Virus genome (UHGV): UHGV-0304018
Direction: 5' to 3' (one strand)
DNA length: 14,202 nt
DNA from: a virus
The translations under genes and the position numbers were made by a program. Below the pieces are notes generated by a model, which was not told the DNA's origin, did not search any database, and saw nothing but the letters and a program-made list of their open reading frames with translations. This document shows positions 1 through 7,002 of the stretch, in pieces (within the stretch, counting starts at the first letter, position 1; each line of letters starts with the position of its first letter).

Positions 1-46
1 GTAATTTCCACATTGACCTCCGGATCTGTTTCTCCCCCTATTTATA

Positions 47-75
47 ATCTTATCATACTGTCAACAGAATGTCAA
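47..75 (-). promoter_or_regulatory. Candidate leftward promoter inside the conserved 110-nt repeat block (copy A)
   Basis: On the minus strand: TTGACA (rc of 70..75), 17-nt spacer, TAAGAT (rc of 47..52). It points at a GTG start at position 11 whose ORF runs off the left window edge. Confidence 0.35.
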
Positions 76-382
76 TGAGAATTATTATCATTCAGGTGTG
101 CTATAGGTGCAAGCAAGTCCACAGCAAAGGGGTAAGCATTATTAATGGCCCCTACCGTGTCAAAACCAGAATCACTTATAGCATTTATGCAATAAGATTG
201 TCAATGGCCCACAATGGATGGAGAGCACTTTTTGTTAAAACTTTGGAGGGTGTTAAACTCAAACCTCATGAGAGGCCCTACAACGCGATTTAAGCATCAG
301 GTAATGCAATTCACTAGGGAGTATGGTTTATCTCGCTGTAGGCGCTAAAATCGCGCTTATTTTCGATTTATGAGTGTCATAT

Positions 383-404
383 TACGTGCATGCACACGCG
401 CGCG
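383..404. repeat. 22-nt strictly alternating purine-pyrimidine tract (tacgtgcatgcacacgcgcgcg) in repeat copy A
   Basis: Read directly. Copy B has an analogous 19-nt tract at the equivalent place with a different sequence. Confidence 0.8.
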
Positions 405-506
405 GAATCCCTCGCTTAAACGGTCCGGATTGGAAACAGAAGTCTCTTATCCGGACTCCACATTATAAAGCTCCGTGCTATAGCACTACGCTCCCCACAC
501 ACAATT

Positions 507-541
507 GGGTGACGTGTCATGTATGGAATACATTGTCACCC
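507..541. promoter_or_regulatory. Large imperfect palindrome GGGTGAC-N21-GTCACCC with nested ATGTAT/ATACAT arms; candidate operator or RNA hairpin (copy A)
   Basis: Arms are exact reverse complements; identical in both repeat copies and flanked by CACACA runs. Confidence 0.5.
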
Positions 542-606
542 CACACAGGCCGACGTAGTCGGTTTAGCTGTATAGCTAAAGTCACAGAGTGACCCACACA
601 CATATT

Positions 607-645
607 GCCTAAAGAGTCGCTAATGCTCTTTAGGCTTTCATTTGT
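607..645 (+). terminator. Rho-independent terminator, rightward (copy A)
   Basis: Perfect 10-bp stem gcctaaagag / ctctttaggc with a 9-nt loop, followed by tttcatttg. Confidence 0.6.
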
Positions 646-698
646 GGGTTAAGCTTTTCCCTTAGAAAACCTTCCCCACTCTCTGATCCCTCCCCATT

Positions 699-721
699 CC
701 CCCCTGGGGGGTTAGGGGGGG
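699..721. repeat. Homopolymer cluster C6-T-G6-TTA-G7
   Basis: Read directly: cccccctggggggttaggggggg, just left of the iteron array. Confidence 0.9.
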
Positions 722-763
722 ATCTATTGTGTGGTCTATTACTTTATCTATTAGTGTCAAATA

Positions 764-949
764 TTTTTACAGGTAGTAGTAAAAGATTTTGACAGGTAGT
801 AGTAAAAATATTTTACAGGTATGGGCCGTATTATTGGTGGGGTAGTAAAATATTTTGACAGGTTAGGGGCTGTGTATCATGGGTGCAATGACTGCAAAAC
901 AGGAGAGTATGACTGTATAAACACACAGGTGTGAAAATTCTTTACAGGT
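764..949 (+). repeat. Array of five iteron-like direct repeats, core TTTKACAGGT; candidate origin of replication or protein-binding array
   Basis: Cores at 765-774, 787-796, 811-820, 854-863 and 940-949; the first two units also share acaggtagtagtaaaa; spacing of the first three is 22-24 bp. No ORF on either strand. Confidence 0.6.
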
Positions 950-1141
950 TAGTGCGGTAATATTTACCGGGGTGTGGTGCCTGAGTATGACTGAAAGGGG
1001 TTGTAGGAAATCCCAACAGGTGGGGGAGTGATTGCATCTGATTTTTTACTCTGTATTAGCCGTCAATTGACCTATTTTGACTAGCAAACCTCTCTCCTCT
1101 CTCTTTGCTTTGATTTTCTCTCATGTGTGGGAAATATGCAG

Positions 1142-1167
1142 ATCAACACCCGTTGATTTTATCAACA
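1142..1167. promoter_or_regulatory. Overlapping palindromes ATCAA-N6-TTGAT-TTT-ATCAA including a DnaA-box-like TTATCAACA
   Basis: Read directly; TTATCAACA (1159..1167) is one mismatch from the TTATCCACA consensus. Confidence 0.3.
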
Positions 1168-1726
1168 GTTATGTTGACCGGGTGTCATAACTATGGCCCC
1201 TGGGGCAGTCCATCCTTCCCTCACACAGGACAATGAATACATAAAGAACATGAAAGACTGTTCACACCAACACGCCGATAAATTGCCTGAAGAGGCTTGC
1301 ATGGGGTTATTGTTGTGTGGGTAATGGTGATCATGCTAACAGATTATGTTAATCAGATGTAAATTCCGGTTTTGTGGTCTACAGAGAACAAACTATACTG
1401 GTTAAATGATCAGGGGAATGACTACAAAACAATCAAAAATGTGGGATATAGCCATCTATACGTCTAATGTGCTGTGTGGGGTGTTAGTGCATGCTTACAT
1501 GTAAGTCATTGATTTGAAGGGTTGGGAAAATTGCATTTAACATAATAGATCTTATCTACACTAATAAAGCGCACTACAAAATCTGATTTAAAAATCATGA
1601 TCAGTGGGCACAGAATTTACGTACAGCCACCTGAATAAATAATGTGCACAACATACAGCAAAGCTTAAGAATTAACATAATAGCAACGTGGTCGGCAGTG
1701 GTGTGATATTTGAGAATTGTTAGAAG

Positions 1727-1763
1727 AAAAAAGGGAGGTGGGGGAGCGCCTGCCTGGCACCTC
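1727..1763 (-). terminator. Possible weak leftward terminator in the gene-free region
   Basis: 6-bp stem GAGGTG / CACCTC with a 17-nt loop, followed on the minus strand by CC and T6. No matching promoter was found. Confidence 0.3.
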
Positions 1764-2302
1764 AGACGAACATCTGACGGGTATTAATACCGCTAATGGA
1801 TATTTCTGACACCCACACCCAAGACCGCTTTCAGCACACAGCCATACACCGCACAGGATGCAATTGTGATAACAAAAAATGGGGGTGTAATAGGGTAGGT
1901 CATCTTTCATCAAAATCACTTCTACGACGTTCCCAGAGTGATAACAAGAAAACAGGCCTCTAAGATTATCTGTGCCTCGTTTTTAGCTTTTTGTGTGGTT
2001 ACCAGGTGAATAGGAAATGTTAAAAACTGTTCATTTTATGCACAAACTAGTCAGGGTGATACTACAAATTGAGGTGTAAGAAATCCAGCTGCAGATAATC
2101 TTGCAGCCAGATTTTGCAGTTTTTGAGGGTATGTTAAATTTGACAAAAATAGAGAAAAGGCCAATTGAGCTAAGCTATTGATTTTATTAGTATTGCAAAA
2201 AAGGGTTACATCCTCTCTCTTACACTGTCAACAATGCCCAAAACCATTAAATCAATAAATAGGCATTAAATACCCATTAAATAGGGGTTAAATAGGGGAT
2301 AA

Positions 2303-2328
2303 ATAAAAAAGGGGCCGTGATGGCCCCC
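2303..2328 (-). terminator. Rho-independent terminator ending the leftward membrane-protein gene
   Basis: Perfect hairpin ggggcc-gtgat-ggcccc (2311..2327) followed on the minus strand by T6, 17 nt after the stop codon at 2345. Confidence 0.75.
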
Positions 2329-2344
2329 TGGTGGGTTGGTGTGG

Positions 2345-3055
2345 TTATTTCATAGGAGAGGTTTCTACGGCTTCACCGTACATCTCATTAAGCATCTTCA
2401 ATGCTTCCATATCAACATTCAGGAGTGTTCCCTCAGTGATCCAGGCGTTATTCTGCCATGCTTCGTGAACGAGTTCACCGTTATACCATCGAGCCGTTCG
2501 TGTAGTTTCTATGCTTACACCGTCCATGTGGCGCATCTGTAGCCAACGATCATTGCCTTTTACATCCTTGCACCATACCGTCAGAACATCTTTATTTTTC
2601 CCAGTAGGTGCCCCACTGTTAACCGCCACTTTAATCTGGTTGCAAGCACCTTTTTCTGCATGATTCCACAGCCAGGCGTGAATCTGGTATTTATCTGTGC
2701 ATCCTATATCTTTAGAGAGATCGCAATCTAGCACACCATAAATATATTTATATGCTTTTACCCTGTCCTCCCATGTAAGATCGGAGACGTTAACCACTTC
2801 TTCATGCTGTGAGTTCACCTCTTCCACATTTGCAGCTGTATTTCCTGTGGGAAGAGAGAAGTAGGCCCAGCCAATAAGCCCCGCGACTATAACCAGACTT
2901 GTTATGACTGCTCCAGGGTGCTCTTTATATTGTGCATGCAGCTTTTTAATATCTTTCCCTACACTCATCACTAGTAATAGAGGCAAAGCAATTACTAACA
3001 CCCATGGACCAAATACAATGCAAGCTAATAGTGTAACAATAATTCCCTTAAACAT
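2345..3055 (-). CDS. Membrane protein, 236 aa: two N-terminal TM helices plus a ~165-aa extracytoplasmic domain with four Cys; function unknown
   Basis: ORF track; hydrophobic segments at about aa 5-30 and 50-68; SD AAGGGG 7 nt before the ATG; own terminator. The superinfection-exclusion or defence role is inference only. Confidence 0.75.
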   Translation of the reverse strand: MFKGIIVTLLACIVFGPWVLVIALPLLLVMSVGKDIKKLHAQYKEHPGAVITSLVIVAGLIGWAYFSLPTGNTAANVEEVNSQHEEVVNVSDLTWEDRVKAYKYIYGVLDCDLSKDIGCTDKYQIHAWLWNHAEKGACNQIKVAVNSGAPTGKNKDVLTVWCKDVKGNDRWLQMRHMDGVSIETTRTARWYNGELVHEAWQNNAWITEGTLLNVDMEALKMLNEMYGEAVETSPMK

Positions 3056-3062
3056 AGTGGTA

Positions 3063-3083
3063 CCCCTTTGCGAGAAGTTGATT
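3063..3083 (-). promoter_or_regulatory. Duplicated leader element AAAUCAACUUCUCGCAAA (minus-strand sense) immediately 5' of the ribosome-binding site of 2345..3055
   Basis: 18 nt identical to the element at 3583..3603; a 12-nt core gcgagaagttga recurs at 8086..8097. Confidence 0.5.
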
Positions 3084-3112
3084 TAAGTTAATAACCTGGT
3101 GGACTGTTCACA

Positions 3113-3373
3113 CTATTTATTCTTCTTAAATCTCCCATCCTCCTTTCTTTCGATATTGTGGTAGTCGGCATAGGCTTTTAGCCTTCTGTGCACGGTGGCG
3201 ATCCCCACACCGAAGGTTTTAGCGATGACCTGTCGTGGCGTTCCCTCCTCAACCATCTTGTACATCTGTTCCGCTACATCCATTTGTGCGGCTATCTCCA
3301 TTTGCTTTGCCTTAGCTTTAATTTCAGCTATCAGCTCTTCCCTCAGTCTCTTAATATCTTTAGTTCCCGTCAT
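3113..3373 (-). CDS. Small DNA-binding protein, 86 aa: N-terminal charged helix plus a C-terminal HTH resembling the DNA-binding domain of Hin/Gin-type serine recombinases; no catalytic domain
   Basis: ORF track; GTPRQVIAKTFGVGIATVHRRLKAY resembles the Hin C-terminal HTH as recalled from memory, not searched; start codon overlaps the stop of an upstream small ORF (ATGA). Confidence 0.7.
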   Translation of the reverse strand: MTGTKDIKRLREELIAEIKAKAKQMEIAAQMDVAEQMYKMVEEGTPRQVIAKTFGVGIATVHRRLKAYADYHNIERKEDGRFKKNK

Positions 3374-3450
3374 AAACTCCGCTCAATGATGATTAATACA
3401 AAATCTAAGACTGCCAGACCTATTAAAAATACTTTGCCTCCTTTGCCCAT
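3370..3450 (-). CDS. Possible 26-aa hydrophobic peptide (MGKGGKVFLIGLAVLDFVLIIIERSL), translationally coupled to the HTH gene
   Basis: Hand translation; below the ORF-track length cut-off; single predicted TM segment; stop overlaps the downstream ATG. Confidence 0.25.
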   Translation of the reverse strand: MGKGGKVFLIGLAVLDFVLIIIERSL

Positions 3451-3451
3451 C

Positions 3452-3574
3452 TCACACCTCCACACACAGAGCTAACATCAGGGCTAAAACTCCAACCACC
3501 TCAATTGCCTTAACAATGTGTGGGTGATGAAACCTGGCCTTTTGCCATGCGCTGGCACTGTTCTTGATACCCAT
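3452..3574 (-). CDS. Possible 40-aa peptide with hydrophobic C-terminus (MGIKNSASAWQKARFHHPHIVKAIEVVGVLALMLALCVEV)
   Basis: Hand translation; SD AAGGTGA 5 nt before the ATG; the duplicated leader element lies immediately upstream. Confidence 0.3.
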   Translation of the reverse strand: MGIKNSASAWQKARFHHPHIVKAIEVVGVLALMLALCVEV

Positions 3575-3582
3575 AACTATCA

Positions 3583-3603
3583 CCTTTTGCGAGAAGTTGA
3601 TTT
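3583..3603 (-). promoter_or_regulatory. Second copy of the duplicated leader element, immediately 5' of the ribosome-binding site of the 40-aa ORF
   Basis: Read directly; identical 18-nt core to 3063..3083. Confidence 0.5.
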
Positions 3604-3638
3604 GTTTGCTCGGTTGGGTGCTTTCACTGGCTATGCCA

Positions 3639-3655
3639 GGTGACTTTCAGTCACC
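3639..3655. promoter_or_regulatory. Palindrome GGTGAC-tttca-GTCACC; same half-site as the repeat palindromes
   Basis: Read directly; sits in the divergent control region between the leftward module and the rightward capsid promoter. Confidence 0.4.
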
Positions 3656-3744
3656 CCTTTGGGTGTCTCTATCAATGCTACCCTTCCTTGATTCGAACTA
3701 TAACCGGGTAAATCCCCGGAAAACATTGATATTGATCAAAAGAT

Positions 3745-3775
3745 ATCTATCACGAATGAAAAAGTTATGATAGAT
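3745..3775. promoter_or_regulatory. Inverted repeat ATCTATCA-N15-TGATAGAT; candidate operator
   Basis: Read directly; about 90 bp upstream of the consensus capsid promoter; a further ttgatagagg half-site follows near 3800. Confidence 0.4.
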
Positions 3776-3861
3776 GCGATGAGATGACGTATTGATGGGA
3801 TTGATAGAGGTCTGAAAATACCGTTACTACGCTAATTATTAGAATTTATATAATAAGGGGG

Positions 3862-3890
3862 TTGACAATTTGAGAGAATACTGATATAAT
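3862..3890 (+). promoter_or_regulatory. Perfect consensus sigma70 promoter: TTGACA, 17-nt spacer, TATAAT
   Basis: Read directly: -35 at 3862..3867, -10 at 3885..3890, with an AT-rich upstream stretch. Confidence 0.8.
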
Positions 3891-3896
3891 ATACAT

Positions 3897-4370
3897 ATAC
3901 CGTAAATCAATGGTGAAAGTGATTTGCCGTATTTTCCTCCAAAGTAAAGGCGACCAGGTAGCGGTGCCGCCTTATAAATAACACTACCCTGATCATCGTT
4001 GAGTGGTCGATTAATTCTCCTATTGGGCTAGTTATCCACACAGTTTTCTTTTGCGGGTTTTCTGTGTGGGTAGCTATCCCGAAAGGTATTTCCCCGCTGA
4101 TGTGACCGCAGCCTGAACTGATCCGGGGGAGTGCCTTTCGTGATAGTGCTCTCTAGTAACCGTAACCCATACTGTGAACTATCATCCGACTGTTGTCGGT
4201 TTCCCCATGTGGAATAGCCCCCGCTTGGCTACGGTGCGGGGCTATCTCCCTCTCCTTGTATCAATTTCCCTTTAGATTTCCGGCATAACTTTTCGGCCCG
4301 AGCCTGTCGTGGTTTGAGAGGTTATACCGGAACTCTTTGAGGGGAGTTAATTTAAATCGCAGGTGATCAA
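3897..4370 (+). other. ~470-nt untranslated, hairpin-rich leader between the consensus promoter and the first capsid gene; candidate cis-regulatory RNA
   Basis: No plausible ORF; several strong stems, e.g. ccacacag-N18-ctgtgtgg (4036..4069), ccgac-tgtt-gtcgg (4187..4200), tagcccccgc-N11-gcggggcta, aaggcg-N16-cgcctt. Folds were judged by eye. Confidence 0.5.
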
Positions 4371-4706
4371 ATGAGAGATATGACTATCCGCACACGCGGA
4401 CACATCATTTCATACGCCGCAGATGAGCAATTTTCTATTCGCGACGTTGAAATTAAAAACAAAGTTAAGGCTGAGATTCCGGCTGGCACTGTTGTTGTGG
4501 TGACTGAGGAAGGCGAGGTTGAAACATTCGTTAAAGCAACGCACACCGGTAAAACTCCGCTGCTGGTTGTAGAACGTGCTGAGGTTGGTGACGCTTTTAT
4601 CGTTGTTGCGAACAAAGGTTGCTACATCAATCCGGCCTACGTGGATAAAGAAGGCTTAGCCGCTGTTATTGCTGCCAGCAATGGCGATTTGCGTGTTGCA
4701 CAATAA
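4371..4706 (+). CDS. Putative head decoration protein, 111 aa
   Basis: ORF track; size and position immediately upstream of the major capsid gene, as in lambda D-E; AGGTGA site before the ATG; codon usage typical of a highly expressed gene. Family assignment is by context only. Confidence 0.8.
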   Translation: MRDMTIRTRGHIISYAADEQFSIRDVEIKNKVKAEIPAGTVVVVTEEGEVETFVKATHTGKTPLLVVERAEVGDAFIVVANKGCYINPAYVDKEGLAAVIAASNGDLRVAQ

Positions 4707-4711
4707 GGAGG

Positions 4712-5764
4712 TTGAAGATGGCTAAGAAAGAATTTGAAGTTCGCGATCTGTGTGGTCTGATTAAAGACATCCCGCTGGATAACCAGATTATTTCAGCAAT
4801 GGATATCTTCAACACTACAGCCCTGTGCAATACCTTTAAATTTGAATATGACAAAGTTCGCCAGGTGAAACAAACCGCTTTCGGTCAGTATCCGCGCTAC
4901 GGTGAACAGATGGCTACCATTACCGCAGATGAGCGTGAAACGGGCACGGGTGATATGGCATTCACTGCCGCATCAAGTGCTATTTATCCTTCTGACTGGC
5001 AAGGTATCCGTGTTCCGGGCAAAGATTCCGAAGAGAATTTAGAGTCTGTAACCGCTCGTCGTGTTATTCAACTGGGTGAAGGACTACGCGCGACCCATGA
5101 AGAAGCACGCCAGCTTGCTCTCTTTGAGAACAAAATTATCCTTACCAAGGGTAAAGAACTGAATGTGTGCGAACTGCTGGGCGCACAGCAAACCACTTCA
5201 GAAGTGGATCTAGCTCAAGATATCCTTAAACAGCTGCAGGACCTGGTTGCACTGAGCAAGGTTAAACAGCGTGGTGTTGTTCGCGCTCTGCGTGGTTTCA
5301 CCCTGTTCTGCCGTGCTGAGCTCTTTGCTGCAATTCAGACTGATGAACTGCTCCGTAAAGTGCTGTTGTTCGGCAATCAGAATATTACCGACAAAGGTCT
5401 GATGTTCCCTGAGGATATTCTGCCGGGCTTCCCGACCTTCCGCATTCCGGGCTTAGCTCTGCGTGTGGTGCAAATGGATAGTCTGCCAGAGAATACTGCT
5501 TATCTGGTCCCACAGTTCCAGCCGCATGCGTTAGGCGATATGGTGGGCGTTTATACTCAATTTTTCGGCCCTTGCGCTCGCAACCTGAAGCTTGCAAACG
5601 GCGCTGCACGTGAAGCTTTCATGTATATGGAAGAGTCCAGAGGTAAACGAGAAATCTTCATTGAATCCTCTTATGCTTTCATGAACATGATGCCTGAGGT
5701 TGTGGTTAAAGTGAGTGTTAGTAACTCCGCCGCCGCTGCTCTGGCAAAAGCCAAGGCTAAATAA
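4712..5764 (+). CDS. Putative major capsid protein, 350 aa
   Basis: ORF track; strong AGGAGG site 6 nt before the ATG; size and position after the decoration-like gene; followed by a terminator. Fold not verified. Confidence 0.85.
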   Translation: MKMAKKEFEVRDLCGLIKDIPLDNQIISAMDIFNTTALCNTFKFEYDKVRQVKQTAFGQYPRYGEQMATITADERETGTGDMAFTAASSAIYPSDWQGIRVPGKDSEENLESVTARRVIQLGEGLRATHEEARQLALFENKIILTKGKELNVCELLGAQQTTSEVDLAQDILKQLQDLVALSKVKQRGVVRALRGFTLFCRAELFAAIQTDELLRKVLLFGNQNITDKGLMFPEDILPGFPTFRIPGLALRVVQMDSLPENTAYLVPQFQPHALGDMVGVYTQFFGPCARNLKLANGAAREAFMYMEESRGKREIFIESSYAFMNMMPEVVVKVSVSNSAAAALAKAKAK

Positions 5765-5795
5765 GGTCCTTCTTCGAAGGCCAAATAAAAGCAAA

Positions 5796-5846
5796 GGGAA
5801 GAGGTGAGAGATCGGGGATAGGTCTTTCCCTCTTCCCTTTTTTATT
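5796..5846 (+). terminator. Rho-independent terminator after the capsid gene
   Basis: 9-bp stem gggaagagg / cctcttccc with a 24-nt loop, followed by ttttttatt. Confidence 0.55.
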
Positions 5847-5877
5847 ATCCCCGTCTTAAGTTTTTGAGGTGTCTTTT

Positions 5878-6129
5878 ATGAAAATTGTTTTATACGGCGA
5901 CCGTGACGACGTGCCTTTTGATATTATCCATATCGATGACGAGGATCTGCCGGAATTCCTGCGTATCTCCACATTTGCCGCCTGCTATGACGTTAGCCGC
6001 CAGGCTATGCATAAATACCGTGAATATAATAAATGCACCTGGGCCGAGACTTTCGAACATTTTATTGCACGCAAACAGGCACAGGACCGCAAAAAAGCCC
6101 TGAATGCCCATAATCGTTTTGCAAAATAA
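5878..6129 (+). CDS. Hypothetical small protein, 83 aa, with a possible HTH (STFAACYDVSRQAMHKY)
   Basis: ORF track ORF 5869..6129, start re-placed at the ATG at 5878 with GAGG 8 nt upstream. Confidence 0.65.
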   Translation: MKIVLYGDRDDVPFDIIHIDDEDLPEFLRISTFAACYDVSRQAMHKYREYNKCTWAETFEHFIARKQAQDRKKALNAHNRFAK

Positions 6130-6234
6130 CGCTCTCGGGAAGAGCTATAAGCGATTCTAACGAATAACTGCCCTGTATTTTCTGCAGATTTTAAGCAGGG
6201 CAACGAAAAGATTCATTTTTGAGGCATGTTCAAT

Positions 6235-7002
6235 ATGGCTAATGATGCTCTAACAGCTGCAAAACAAGCTGAGTCGAGATCTCCTGCATTCACTGTTATG
6301 TGTGGGGGATATTCACAAAACAAAAATATAATGGATGGCTTCAACTATACCGATAATGTGGCTATCTTCTTTGACTCTATCTCTGATGTCAGCTATTCGT
6401 TCCCTGTTGAGAAATCGAGCTATGCGGTCGAGGATGGCACCACCATGTCAGACCATGCCGTCATTAAAGATAAATCTGTCAGCTTTACGGGTATTGTTAC
6501 CTCTTCCCCTCATATCATCCGGAAAGAGAACTACATCGACCGGAACACTGATCCAGATAATCCCCGTGAATCTATGCGCCCTGCTGCCGCTGTTCAGGCA
6601 CTTATGGAAATGAGAGACAAGCGCCAGCTGGTTAGCCTGGTTAGTGAAGATGCCGGACTTCTTGAGAACTTCATCATGACGAAATGTGAAGTTAAGCGTA
6701 GCTCTTCCTCTGGCGACTGCATCACTATTGATTGCACTTTTGAAGAATTCCGCACCTTCAAGGTGAAGATGGTCGAAAATGCCGGAGTTTTCACTAACAG
6801 TAAGAAGGTGAATAAAACACAGCAAAAGGGTGCTGTTAACAGTGCTGAGAAGAATAGCAACGTCGGGAACTCAACCAACACCCCATCGGCTAAGCCTAAA
6901 AATTTACAAACTTTGCTCGATGAAAATGATGGGGCTATGAGCACAAAAGACATTTATGATCAGCAAAGGCAAGCCAAATTTGCCAAGGATGCTACAAAAT
7001 GA
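6235..7002 (+). CDS. Hypothetical phage protein, 255 aa, probably virion-associated; function unknown
   Basis: ORF track ORF 6226..7002, start re-placed at the ATG at 6235 (GAGG 10 nt upstream); stop overlaps the next gene's start (ATGA). Confidence 0.75.
   Translation: MANDALTAAKQAESRSPAFTVMCGGYSQNKNIMDGFNYTDNVAIFFDSISDVSYSFPVEKSSYAVEDGTTMSDHAVIKDKSVSFTGIVTSSPHIIRKENYIDRNTDPDNPRESMRPAAAVQALMEMRDKRQLVSLVSEDAGLLENFIMTKCEVKRSSSSGDCITIDCTFEEFRTFKVKMVENAGVFTNSKKVNKTQQKGAVNSAEKNSNVGNSTNTPSAKPKNLQTLLDENDGAMSTKDIYDQQRQAKFAKDATK

Larger units (their letters stand above)
1..672 (+). repeat. Left copy of a long mosaic direct repeat (partner at 13626..14202)
   Basis: Direct comparison of the two window ends: nt 1-110 match 13626-13736 with about 5 mismatches, then conserved blocks (tcaggtaatgcaatt; ttattttcgatttatgagtgt; cacacacaattgggtgacgtgtcatgtatggaatacattgtcaccc; acacacatattgcctaaagagtcgctaatgctctttaggctttcatttgtgggttaagcttttcccttagaaaacc) alternate with unrelated or indel-containing segments. 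The repeat may extend beyond both window edges. Confidence 0.85.

Noticed and set aside
69-592. ORF-track ORFs 69..293 and 374..592 inside repeat copy A
   Set aside because: The equivalent frames in copy B are interrupted (the 69 ATG frame hits a stop after 6 codons in copy B); products are low-complexity and junk-like; the region behaves as conserved non-coding sequence.
764-949. CRISPR array
   Set aside because: Repeat units are only about 10-20 nt, irregularly spaced and without uniform spacers; no cas genes.
1665-1919. 84-aa minus-strand ORF in the gene-free region
   Set aside because: Cys/Pro/Ser-rich junk-like product, no ribosome-binding site, and it overlaps a terminator-like hairpin.
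3113-3373. Serine recombinase or invertase gene (invertible-segment system)
   Set aside because: Only the C-terminal HTH-like DNA-binding part is present in 86 aa; no catalytic domain and no flanking inverted repeats. The long repeats in the window are direct, not inverted.
3188-3770. Plus-strand ORFs 3188..3475, 3195..3389 and 3564..3770
   Set aside because: They overlap the better-supported minus-strand HTH gene and small ORFs, or fall in the regulatory region; no ribosome-binding sites.
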